Shown here: positions 51,626 through 64,000 of the stretch, piece after piece
Position numbering within the stretch: the stretch's first letter is position 1
Layout: each line of letters begins with the position of its first letter
DNA from: Auanema rhodensis
Lineage: Eukaryota; Animalia; Nematoda
Assembly (NCBI GenBank): GCA_964057225.1
Contig: OZ059898.1
Location: 12,028,001 to 12,092,000, forward strand
Direction of reading: 5' to 3'
DNA length: 64,000 nt
Program-made: the position numbers and the translations under genes
The notes under the pieces: model-generated
The model's input: only the letters and a program-made list of their open reading frames with translations
What the model was told of the DNA's origin: nothing
The model's database searches: none

Positions 51626-53476
51626 TTATAACAAAATAATTAATAAATTAGCCGTGGTTGCCATTATATATGACCATAATAGGAAAAAATGTATTTTCTC
51701 CATCAAAATCTTTGTACAGCAGTTATCAAGTCGACGAGCACAACTGAATTGAACATTCAATAATGATGATATCAATGCAAATCTGAAGGAAAAACTTACA
51801 ACTGTCGGAGACTTCCATTTGGTCCAGATCCAAGATGTCGTACAACAGCTAATAAGATCAGTACACTACTAGCTATTATGAGAATATTAACCATAATATA
51901 TATTGCTTAAATAGATTTCAAACATTATATTTTCTTCTTTTTTCCAATCTTTTCTTACATAAAATTGGAGTATATTGTGTTTTAGGCATGTTTTTCGTTG
52001 TAATCTGTAGAATTAGAATAGAGCCAAGTGTAGCTTGAAATCCAATATGAACCTAAAGTTAATGCTGTTGTCGAAGGTTTTTCTAATAACATTGACTCCT
52101 CAGAGCTCAGACGACTACATTAATCATGTAATACCTTATGGAAATAGGTATCTGTCTGAATTGGAGATGAAAACAGTACTATTATCGTTACATAGATAAT
52201 AGTTTGACATGGAATTATGATTAACGTTATGTAAAATGTTGGATTTCGACGAAATCTCATCTTGTACGCAGCCTGAAGCATCACAACCTAATCATCTTAA
52301 TTGTCTATTCGGAACTAACAACAGAAAAATTTTTGCCATATTTGGCTTCCATTTCCGTCATCTGATCTAAGGTAATAGATTGTAGAGACCATTCACCACT
52401 ACTCTGCAAATTAGAAATCAAATAAAGATTCCCTCACTCGAAATAGGAGAAGAAGAAGAAGAAGAAGAAGAAGCAGAACAAGAACATGGTTACCATATAC
52501 TTGAAATCATCATTACTGGGCTCATACACAGTGGAAACACGCAGTTCCTCAGCATAATACTTGATAGACTTCATACGTATATAACACTCTTGATTATCAA
52601 ACGGAAAACCACTTATCTACAAGAAATATAATTAAAATTAATAAAAACGATTTGAAATATAGATGCAACTTGCCTCAATTTCACATAAAACTGATATCAA
52701 AGCATTCAATGAAAAAATTACGGAGCCATTGTAATTAACCTATAAATAGATATTTTTTTTTAAATTTTACAAACTTTTGAATTCATTTTCTAACCATTGC
52801 TCGTGGAATACCAATTAATATCGTATCCGTTATATCATATCTGCAGAAACTTTAAATTAGACTCAAGAACGTCATATGGATAATTACAAACGATCTGGAA
52901 CTATATCCGGTATCCAGATTGTTGAAACGTCAACGGAAACACTCTCTATATCTGAGAAATCCGCTGGATTCCATGTAAGTCTTGGGTCTGTCCATATCTA
53001 CAACATTGAATGTTTAACGCAATCAACTAATTTATATATACATAATATCCATCACATATCATTTTGATTGTTTGTTGTGATTCATCCTAAAAGTAGCTTA
53101 CAACTTAAGTTTTAAAGGAAAAGCATGTACCAGATGTAGTACACGAGCACTATTCAGCTGCCATGTTACATCGACTGTTATACTTTGATTTGAATATCGA
53201 CCTGAACATAAGTGAAAAAATAAAGAAAAAAATGAAAATTTTGATAAATTTCCAAGAAATAACCTCGTGTTGATATAGCTGAAACTAAGGGTGAATAGTC
53301 AGCTTTTAGATAATCTAACAAGATTTGTTCAGCATTCAGATATTCTTCAAATGTTTCTTAAATTATTTTTTAATTAATAAACACATTTATTAACTATTTA
53401 ACTAACCATTAACATATGATATTGCAATAATTTTATAAGAAATTAAAATTAAATTAAAAATAAAAAGATTAAGCAT
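51626..53476 (-). CDS. Cys-loop ligand-gated ion channel subunit 2 (tandem paralogue of subunit 1)
   Basis: WTDPRLTWNPADFSDI...IWIPDI; Cys-loop CEIEISGFPFDNQEC; SSGEW; RRNPTFYITLIIIP (M1); FHKVHIGFQATLGSILIL (M2); PKTQYTPIL; TAA at 51626-51628. Most intron positions are shared with subunit 1. Confidence 0.9.
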
Positions 53477-54275
53477 TATTGATTTTAATGAATTAACCAG
53501 ACATTGACATTCATGGATATTATTAAGTTAAATAAAGTAATTTGAACGTTCTAGATCTAAGTAAATATTTCAATTTGAACACAATTCTTCTATTACATCT
53601 TATGAAATTATTTCTTTTTCTGCTTTCAAATTAATTTTTACCTACAGCTTCTTAACATTTCAAAAGTTATTTGAGGTTTTGATTTACTTCTAATAGATAT
53701 AAGTAAAGGTTTATATCAAAATAGATACAATAATCTAAATTTAATAATAGAAAGACATAAAATAATATTTTTTTCTTCTATACATCCAATCCCTCTTAAC
53801 TTACCTTCCATCATCTTTTTGAATTTTTAAAAAGATAGAACCAAAGATTTAGTTTTTATCTTTGCTTTAAATCATTATCCTGTTCATCAATGCTCATATT
53901 TGATTGAAAATCATAAATTAATCGTTATATTTTACCTAATATTTAAAAAAAAAGTTGCATGACCTAATGTTTGAAATAATAAATATAATCATTTCATTTT
54001 TTCTAAAATTATAATATCAGATTATCATGCTCAAAGTAGTGCTTTTTTTCCTAATATCGTGTGAATGTATAATTACGATTGCAAGTTGGTTTAGAAAAGA
54101 AAAAAAAATGAAATATTCTTTATGTCACTGAAGTATTTAGTATTTGGGGTTTTACTTAGTTACGTATATGTACATGTATTTACATATATATATATACTTA
54201 ACTATATATATATAGTTAAGTTTAATATCTAGTTTATTAATATATAAATCTATAAATAGTCTGACGATTATCACA

Positions 54276-56821
54276 TTAAATTCTTGTCGTTTGAGAATTC
54301 CTTATTTGATCAGTTTCTTCATAAGCTGGAGTTTCATTTTGTCTTGGCATCAGACCGAAAGGTGATAGAACTAGTATGTCTCCGCTACGTAGAACACTTC
54401 GTTTTCGAAGATGTGGCTCTGAGCATGGCTGAAACTAGAAAAGAATTACATTTTTTAAAATGATAACAAGATAACAAGACTCACAATATAATGAATTAAT
54501 TCAATTAGTAATGGTATTGCATGATAGATTAGCGTCATAATTGGAAATGAAGCTGCTCGAATGAGATTCAACAGTATTTCATATGGTGAATAGTATGGAA
54601 ACCCTACAATATATTTCAAATGACTATTGTTGTTTCATTATTATGAATTCAGATACCGTTTTCAATGTAGAACACCTCAAAAAGCATTAAACAACCATAG
54701 AGTAATAGAATAAAACCATAATGTACATCCATACTTCGTAAACTCACACGAAATGGTCGACTAATTGTTGTTGTTGGCTGATAATCAGAATCTGAAAAGG
54801 CATTCCAATATATGTATGTTATATAGCTCTTGATCCATTTTCTTGTTCAGTTCAATTTTTATATTTTTTCATTGAAAAATAACAGAAAAAGAGGAAGAAA
54901 AAGAAAAATATATGTTTTTTGATATTTTAGTTTAAATTTTTAGAAAAATATGTATTTTTGATGGAAAAAAAAAGAAGTATACCAGCTGTCAGTGTTCGTA
55001 TAATTGGTGGTTGTATGCGTCTGAATAAAGTGACAATTTCAGTTGAATAAAGTTTCTTCATAAGAGCCAAGATAAGGCCAAGTATAACGGTTGTAAGGCC
55101 CAATGAACATATTAAAATTCGTAAATTATTATAATCAATCTATAAGAATTACATCATTTTATCATTTTTAAATATATAAAAATGAATAATTAAATATTTT
55201 TTTTTAATTTAAATAATCATATTATACTGATCTTATATAATATTACATTATGTATATCATGTGTGTACAGTGGAGTTGTAACCTCGAGTTTAAGCTACTC
55301 ACCAGTGCAGCTATACCAGCTGAATTGCAAAAATCGGATTTCAAGAGCGTGAGATTGCGTGGATTTTCCAGCATATAACTACCGACGAATAAAAGTGGAA
55401 AGCCTAAGCTAATGAAAAATGCCACAATTGCTACTTTCTCATTCCACACCTGGAATACAAGTATTCATACATGTATGTATGTATGTATGTGCATATATAT
55501 ATAACTATATGATATAGTTAAATAATACAAAATATGGCTAACCTCATGCTGATGACGTCTTTTAAATGTTAATGAAATAATTTTAGCAAATGCTGTTATA
55601 TAAAAAGAAAATTGGCCAATAAGCATAACTAGAGCTGCTGTAGACCATCTAATCATTGGTATAGCGAAGATGTCATTCGAATTCTTATTTCTAAAGAAAA
55701 TATACTTCATATTGTCCTTTCTTATTTTAATTTTTTTTTTTGCCAAATTTTCATATAAAACGAAGTTTTCTAGAGATTGTCGCGCAAATCCCTTTAAGGA
55801 ATTGTCCCCATTATTGCAGCTCTAGCAGCAATTGAATATCTCGTTTATAAACTATATTTAATCTTTTTTTATTCAAATTCTTCTCACATTCATTCCCCTT
55901 TCTCAAAGTTTTAATAGAATTTCAAATGAAATTTTCATGAAAAAAAGTTTTACATTAAATAACTTAAAGCTTACGCTGCATAGATAAAGGGAGCATCATG
56001 AAAAAAACACGTGTAAAAGATTTGCATGATATTCGTAAATGACATATAAGCCACGTTGTGTACAAAAAAACATCGATTAGAGCTGAAAAAATATAATTTT
56101 TATAACTTTATTTTTGTTTTTTTTTTCTTCTTATTGATTCACATAATATAATAATTATCTATCTATCTACATATGTATCTATAATTATTTATTTTCAAAC
56201 GTTTTGTAAAATCAAATACGTACAGGTATACATAGATAGATAGAAAATGTATTAATATACTATACTATATGCATATCTATAGTTCATTTTTAACCAAAAA
56301 CATTGTAAAAGATTGTCAAAATTATAATATTTTGAATTATATGAATATAAATTATATTGAAACTATAATTATATTAATCTCTCACAAATTTTAGTTTTAC
56401 TGGGAATATTTGACGTATTCTTCAGATTGCTAGTAAGAAATGAGGTTATCTAATTATGGTATTTGAGGAAAAAGTACATTTTAAGAGATGAAAATAAGTT
56501 TGAAACATACCTGCTTAATCTACGATTAACCAATAGATATGAAAATAAGGTTAAACCTATCATAGTAAAAGCTGCTAACACATAGTATATAATAAAAAAA
56601 TAAAATAGTTGCTTCTCAGTTAATCTTAAATAGTGTAGCAAATGACTTCGAGCTGGTAGAAAATCTATGGATGTCGACAAAACGGTACATGAAGATGATG
56701 TCGTTGATTTATAATCTGTAGTATAGTTTGAAAACTGAATGATGTTATCATCAGATGCTGAGGTGATATCGTATGAATTTATATTTGACACTATGTTCAT
56801 GGTATAAGTTACTGTTGGCAT
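54276..56821 (-). CDS. Orphan seven-transmembrane (GPCR-like) protein with Ser/Thr-rich N-terminus; true start may be further upstream
   Basis: The spliced model gives 7 hydrophobic segments: LFYFFIIYYVLAAF; FFVHNVAYMSFTNIMQIF; WSTAALVMLIGQFSFYI; VAIVAFFISLGFPLLF; ILICSLGLTTVILGLIL; YGFILLLYGCLMLF; LLNLIRAASFPIMTLIY. The frame stays open up to an acceptor at ~56881. Confidence 0.7.
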
Positions 56822-57212
56822 ACGTATCCATGAGATAATCCTATTGTATAGTCTCGAAACGACGTCGTTTGTTGAATCTTCTGCAAAAAAAAATGCAAAG
56901 TAATAGATTATATTTTAAAATAAAATATTTATAATAGTTATTATTAAAATGAGTTGATTAAATGAAGAATAAAATGAATTATCAATATTGCTTACTGACA
57001 ATAGTTTTTTAGAGAAAAAAATTGTTTGAATAATAGAAGAGAAAGAGATATGAAACGAATTATTTGTAACTATCAATGAGGGAATTGTCTTCACAGCTTT
57101 TTCACTCTTTCTCTCTCTATCAGTCGTTTTCTCTCTCTCGTTTTGTCCTATTCTCCCTCCTCCTTCTTCTGGCGTTCTCATGCATTAACAATATGTAATT
57201 TTGAAATTAATA

Positions 57213-57216
<4 letters not shown>

Positions 57217-57260
<44 letters not shown>
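57217..57260. repeat. (TC)n microsatellite
   Basis: Seen directly. Confidence 0.9.
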
Positions 57261-57264
<4 letters not shown>

Positions 57265-57999
57265 CTCGTTCTTTTCAATTTTCTCGAAAATATACTTTTT
57301 GACATTTATATTTCTCTGACATTTTTTCCTTTTTTTCACTAGATACCTCTACATTATTCTCATATATCTTATTATATCTTATGTTATGACTCCTTCTCAC
57401 GTTCTATATCCTATACCTCAATAATTCCTTTTTCTTTTTTAATATTTAACTTGATTACGTCGATAAAAAATTTATATCATATCGTATATGAAATGTTAGA
57501 AAAGTTGGAACTGGGTTGAATAATGTTTCTACATTACCTCCAAGGTATTTCAAATTTCACCTACTTCCACAGTTGCCATGCCGACAACGTTCAACACTTG
57601 ATATATTAAAGTTTTTTTATGTATTTGAAGAGATAATTTAAATAAAATTTGTTTTTTCCATAGTTTTATTAATTATTTTTCAATCAAAATCAAAAATAAT
57701 TGTATAATCAATGCTTTGGTTGAATAAAAATAATCAAAATGTGACTAAGACAAAAGAGCAATCAGAAACATTTTATAAGAACTTATGCTCTAATGAGTTT
57801 TTAAATAATAAAAAAACAAATGGTTGTATATTAAAATGCTCTAGTTAAATGAACAGATAGATATTGATTAGAGACAAAATCTTAGTGTAATATGGTCGGA
57901 GTCGTTTGTCCATCCAGATTCAAAGCCTTAGTACTAACAGTCAACATCTGATTGATTTTCTGTGTATTAACAATACAAGATAATTTCATTAATTTCAAT

Positions 58000-59955
58000 A
58001 TGTCATCTGAATCAACGGATCCTCAGGTTTTTATATTTTCATATTTGTATTAATTTTCATTAAAAACTTACAACTTTAAACGTTTTTTTAAACATATTTA
58101 CATGTTTTTTTTTAATAACAAAAAATAAAATATAGATCACAGGTCTTGGCTGAGCTAACAATTTTTTTTGTTTTATTTTTGTTTTTATTAAAACTTTAAA
58201 AATATTTTTAGAACGGAAATGAAGATAAATCTGATGTTCCTGTAGTTACTCTTCAGGTTATAACTAGTGATAATGTTGACAATACCCACAATGTAATTTA
58301 CTTTTTTGAAAATTTAAATATGATATTCATAGAAATATTTTTTTAGGAAGATGATGAAAAACAGACAAAACCTGATATAAGTGCTTCTCAACTTGTTCCA
58401 ACAGAAAAAACAGCAATTCAATTAAAAGAAGAAGTAAATTTAATTTAAATAATTCCTAAATATACTTCTTGTATGTAGGAAATGAGAAAAAGAATTGCTG
58501 AAATGGAAGAAAGGAAAGCTATTATATTGGAACGAATAAAAAAAATGGAAGAAATTGGAGCTAAAGCTGAGAAATTGCGCCAAGTTTGTACTTGAATTAG
58601 ATCATTTAAGTCCACATTTGAGTATTCCAGGAAAAGTTGGAAAAAATTGCGAAAGCTAAAGAGCGTGAAGCTTTATTGAAAACTGAAAAGGAAAAGTTGG
58701 CCCCTGAAGTTTCGCCAAAGAAACAAGAAGAAGCTGTAAGTTAAATTAGTAATTGAGTGGTGTTAGTATCTATTATGGATTCTTGTTTCTCCACTCGATC
58801 TCAAGTTACTGATTTATTCTGTTTCAGGCTATTCTATCACGAATTCAAGAACTTGAAGCTCGTAAGCGAGCTATTCTGGATCGTATTGAACAAATTGAGA
58901 AAATTAAATCTAAAGGAATTGAGTACAAAGAACGAGCTGAAAAGTTACGTCAACGAGTAAGTATTTGATCTTTATATTATATTTTGAAATAATATTTTAA
59001 CAAAAATATTTATCTTAATCTGATAATCCCCGCCGTCATAGCAGCTGTACTACATATACTTATACATGTGTATATATTTAAATATTAATTTATGTATTAA
59101 GCTATTCCAATTCAAACCACCTTCTTATATCATCTCTTCGATTTTATAGTATTGTTTCTACAATTTTTAATTAGAAATTTAATAATTTATAAGAAAATTA
59201 ATGTTGAATTCTCTTTCATCTGGTTTTAAAGAAAAGTTTATAATTAGAGAAAACCTTTATTATTTGAAACTTAGCAATATATAATTGAAATTATTATAAA
59301 ATTTCAAATTTAAGTAATATTTAATTTCATTTTTTAATTTTCTTTAATCTTATTTATTCTTCAATCTGAAAAAATGTATAAAATTTCAAAATGTATTCAA
59401 TTTTAATTTATTTCATTCATTTTACAGTTAGAAGAAAAACGACAACAACAACTACTTGGAGAGAAAAAGAAAACTGATATTGAGAAGGAAGTAGGATCTG
59501 CAAATGAGACCGTAGAAACGGAGAAGACGTTGGAAGTGGTGGAGAAGATAAATGAGCTTGTAGCTAATGATACTGAATCATTAACAAATGAGATTGATAC
59601 TATTTCTGATGAAATTATAGTATCAAATGAAAACTCATCCGTAAATGTCACTGATACTTCCGATGTTGCAGCTTTAACCAGCTCAGATAATCCTCAGCAA
59701 TCTTCAATTGATGTCGAAGAGCACGACAAGCAAAATGAAATTTCTGGTGAAGTTACAGGTTCAGAAACCGTTCCAACGCTTACGCTCGTTGAGAAACAGA
59801 AAGAATCCGAAGCAGCTTCAGGTGATTCAGTTAACAATTCTGAAGCTGACAAACTTGATTGCAAAACTCAAGAGAAAGAACCCGCTTCACCGTTAGAAGA
59901 GCAGTCAGTACCCCTTATCACCACAGATGTTGCAAATATCGAAGCCACATCATAA
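58000..59955 (+). CDS. Coiled-coil protein with long acidic Ser/Thr/Glu-rich disordered C-terminus, 7 exons
   Basis: MSSESTDPQ|NGNEDK...|EMRKRIAEMEERKAIILERIKKMEEIGAKAEKLRQ|...|AILSRIQELEARKRAILDRIEQIEK...ERAEKLRQR|LEEKRQQQ...IEATS*. All introns are phase 0 GT-AG. Confidence 0.8.
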
Positions 59956-60573
59956 ACTATTCTTTTTTCTTCTTATTCAAAACAAATTTGATTTCTGCCT
60001 TAGTTATCCGTTGTGTCACTTTTTGGAAGAGAAAAATATTTTTTCTTTTCAATTTAAATGCTTTATTGAATATTACAACATGTTTGAAGATTTGTATATG
60101 TTTCATAATCCATAAAAATATTTTAAAAAATAAATAGTTAAAAAATGATAATAGAGAATTCAATGAAAAGGTTTTTAATAATATAATATATTGCAAGAGA
60201 TAAAGAGAGACAGAGATAGAGAGAGATCAGAAAATGGACTCGTATGATCAACTAGATATCTACACAAAATACGCTTGAATTATTAAAACAAATCGTTACA
60301 AAAAACGTATCACAATGATTTATACGCATCATACTTCTTAGGATAGGATATTGAGCTTTTCCCTGACTATGGAAAGCTTTGTTTTAATAAAATATAATAA
60401 AATAAACTCGTATTTATATGAAACGAATGAATGCATTAGTACTAAACAGCATAATTTACAGGACTGCTGTAGAATTGATTCTACATAATAACAAGAAAAG
60501 TAATGTTCGACATCAGATAACCATATAGCCAGATCTATTGGCTGGTGGGGGAGGGGGGAAACGACAGGTTTTC

Positions 60574-63500
60574 CTATAAGAACTCTTCATCACCTGATAA
60601 TGTTGTTGTTGTTGCTAATGCTATTGGTTTTTCAGACGTAGCCGTGTGTATGATTACTTTGAGATTTCGACAACTCAAAGATGATTCATGGCTACGTTTT
60701 TCTCCTTCCGGCTGCTTGAACCATAATCGAACAGGATAACATTTTCTAAACAGAATCTCATGAGAATGCAGATACACGAGATGGAAGAATGCTGCATGAG
60801 CAACTAAGTGATGTTTCATGTTTTCTATTTGTTTTCATCAATTTGCAAGAGCAGAATGTGCTTCCTGGTCCCAGCTGCTGATTTTATGGCTTCAAAACAT
60901 TATAGCGGGAGCTAAAGCACCTAATCTGATCTAACTGGTACATGAATATAAGTGCAATTTGTGGATGAAGAAAACAAAGATGAAGAAGCATCACGAGTGC
61001 ACACGCGAAAAGTGTTGTAAAACGTACAGCAAAGCAGCTCGTATATCTCTATGCTTCCAGTTATAGAAGAAAAAGCTTAAAATTCCATATAAATGACATC
61101 CAACTGTGATCATTGGCCCCCATTTCATAAAAAAAACCTGAAATAAGGTAATCAGAATCTTCTCAGAATATGAGACTGAAAATTAGAAAGAAGAGGAAAG
61201 AAGAAATAAATTAACAATCTCAAAAATGGATTCAAGTTTGATAGGCAAACACAAAAAAACCTTTAAAGCAAACTTTAAAAAGAATATTGTGTTATAATAT
61301 ATAATTAATAAGTATATTTCCATCATTTCACCCCCACATTCAATATTTTATTCCAAAAATCAAAATAATCTAGTCTACATCTCATCATCTATCTGATATT
61401 TGAGGCAATTACATAAAAATTTTCCATGCAAAACTGAGAGGAAATAATTGAAGAAACTAGCTATTACTCTAAACGAACTTCAGTTCATCAAATTCCTGAA
61501 CATTGTTGCGATTTTTTCTTCTTTTTCTTTTTCTTTTTTTTTTATTTTTATAATAATGGTGAAGAGCTTTCTGAACTCATCTACGCTATTGAATTATTTC
61601 TTCAGGAGCAATAGAGACTATTCTCGTTTTTGATCATTAACTTATCACATGCTCTCTCTCTCTTTCTCTCCCTCTCTCTCTTTCTCTCTCCCTCCCACTC
61701 TTCCTCCCACTATCCCTCTCACTCTCACTCAAAGTTTCTTATTGAATATGAAATTGAATGAATCTCCTTTACCTCCCCGACAATCATATCGTACAAATAC
61801 AGAGAACTGGGTAAAACAGAAAACAGCATAACCATTAGAATGACCATAACAGTTAAAGAATTTGCCTGAAAAATAAAACATTGTTCTGCAAAAAATTTGA
61901 TGTTATCGAATATTTTAAAAATACAAACATTAGTAGTTCAAATGTTTACCTGAGTAAAGTAATCTCGTGAAACTTTTTTATTCAAGAGAATTTGTTTCTC
62001 TTTTACATAAAATAATCGAAAAATGAAGAAAAAATATGCAAATGTCAGTAAAACTCCAAATATGATTGATGATATGAGAAAATACATATGAAAAATTGGT
62101 CCCGAAGATGATGTGGTCACGCAGTGAATTCGAATCTGAAATTAGGAACGGTGAATGCATATCCACTTCAACAAAGCTCTATGAAGATGAAGCTTGAAAT
62201 TTACATTTTCCAACGTAATTAGACAGCAAACCGCCCCCCTTCTGACAAAAATTTGCTATTTTTGTGAAAAAAAATCTTTTTGAATCAGAAATTCATTCTG
62301 AATGGCTTAATTTTTGGGTGATGGATGCCACGTGAATCATGTCAATTATGGTGAGAACGAAATGCAAGAATAGTTTTTCTTGTCATTCATTGAAGAGACA
62401 AGAAAATTGAAAAAAAAGAAAATTTTTTTAAAAATATGAAGGAAAAAGAAACAGACCACATATAATCCATCTTCGAATACCATAAACACAGCATCAAGTA
62501 ATCCCCATACTATTGAAAATATGCAAGTTCGAATAGCATTCTGAAATAAGAAATGTGATGAAGTCAGTTGAATTACTTCTTGTTTTGTGTTTCAGATATT
62601 AGCGAAAATTTTCTACAGAATCACAACAAAGAAGGAAATGATGATGGGTGTGGATGAATAGAGAGAAGACAAACCTTTCGATGATCCAGGAAATAGTAGT
62701 CACCCGGCCGGATCAGGGCATGAATCCGTTCCACAGCTATAGACAAGGTAAGCAATGATCGGATTCGATCTAATGCTATCTCAAATGCTGCAAAAAAATA
62801 TTTTAATTGAAAAAAATACAAATATTTTAAATATATTAATGGATATTAATAATATATAAACATATATAGTTAGATAGATATGTATAGAGCTAGATAGATA
62901 GATAGATAGATAGATAGTTAGATAGACAGCTCTATTATCTATTAAATATATTATAATACTCACAAATTTATAATTATTATTAGAAATAATAATAATAAGT
63001 TAAATCTTATGTTTTCAAATTATGTCTTTGCATCTACATATAACTAACTAACTATATATTATTATTATCATTTTATCTCTTTATTTCTGCTCTTTTCCTC
63101 TCCCTATCCACCTCCTCACTTATTCACATTTAACATACCTGATCCTATTAAAATTGTCCATCGGGGACAATTCAGATTATTATGAAGAATAAGATTAACA
63201 TATGTTGGAATAGTAAAGAAACCTAAAATATTTCAAAATATCAACAGCATTCACATAATCTTCTGTTTTCTTTTTAAATAAGTCGAACAAAAAAAATTTT
63301 TAAAAAAAAAGTTCAAAAACTCACCCGTGAATGAATTGGTGACAGCAAAAGCATAAAATAAATAAAGATGAGATTTGGTTAATAATGATGGAGTTTTTGC
63401 AAAAGAAAACCAAATAATTCCATTAAGAATCCAATTAATTATTCCAGCAGTTAAAGCTGTGTAATGAACTGTGGTTACGCCCTGAAATAATGTTGTATAG

Positions 63501-63665
63501 TTAATCCTTAATAGTGAAAGATAAGGTAGAAAAGAAGGAAAGAAAGGATTTCCATTCTTTCTTCTTTTTTTTTTGTTTTAGCTTCTCTTCCAATCAATAT
63601 AAACTAAATTGAACCTTATGTCCCTGAGTAATAGTAGTTTGTAACCATGATGTATCCAATACCAT
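60574..63665 (-). CDS. Rhodopsin-like serpentine GPCR (Srsx/Srbc-like chemoreceptor class)
   Basis: TM1 ALTAGIINWILNGIIW; TM2 HLYLFYAFAVTNSFTGFF; TM3 end LLTLSIAVERIHALIRP (E-R-x-x-A); TM7 GILSFFFYNWKHRDIRAALL; last exon ends SGDEEFL*. Confidence 0.85.
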
Positions 63666-63914
63666 TATATAGTTAAAAAAAAGATCAGTCAGCTTTAATA
63701 AAAATATTATTAGATTATTTGTATAAATTGTCAACATATTGAGCAGAAAATCTTGTAATAGCATTCATGAAAACGAGTCAAATAGATGATGAAGTGAGAG
63801 TTTTGATCTTATAATTTGTGAATGATAATCTAACTACTGACAGCTGAGACTCCGCCTTTTCTATTTTATGGACGAAGAAGGATAAATCAAGAATTTAGAT
63901 GTATAGTTTTATAA

Positions 63915-63951
<37 letters not shown>

Positions 63952-64000
63952 CATAATTAACCCAAAACAAACTAATTTTTATTTTATTTCCTATCTGAAA

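Noticed and set aside
55745-56430. Extra candidate exons inside the 7TM gene (~56387-56429 and ~55745-55851)
   Set aside because: Including them shifts the frame and introduces stops, whereas skipping them gives a clean 7TM frame.
57572-57585. X-box-like GTTGCCATGCCGAC (DAF-19/RFX)
   Set aside because: The second half-site deviates from consensus and the distance to neighbouring ATGs is long; insufficient on its own.

Overview
AT-rich eukaryotic genomic DNA that reads as nematode, probably rhabditid/clade V. The evidence is ~40-60 nt introns, TTTTCAG-type acceptors directly before start codons, a cuticle collagen, and MOLO1-, FLP- and serpentine-receptor-like genes. I reconstructed about 19 spliced genes by hand; most are invisible or fragmented in the six-frame ORF track. 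1-22 kb is compact: the 3' end of an unknown gene, phosphatidylserine synthase, SYF2, a GNAT acetyltransferase, a PDZ-less SH3-GK mini-MAGUK, three tandem secreted Cys-rich paralogues (GM2-activator/ML-like), a cuticle collagen and a hidden 129-aa single-TM gene. 22-45 kb is gene-poor and microsatellite-rich. It holds a MOLO1/TPM-like gene, a three-exon RFamide neuropeptide precursor (predicted NINGPADLPMLRF-amide) with ~16 kb of apparently non-coding upstream DNA, and a 69-aa secreted C-x7-C-x7-CC peptide with a cationic tail. 46-64 kb holds an LBP/BPI/CETP protein, two tandem divergent Cys-loop channel subunits, an orphan 7TM protein, a coiled-coil/acidic protein and a serpentine GPCR. Across the window, AAG 3' splice sites are unusually frequent (~20 of ~115 reconstructed introns), and there are three GC-AG introns and one GAG acceptor. 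All gene models and family calls are manual and from memory; no database search was run.
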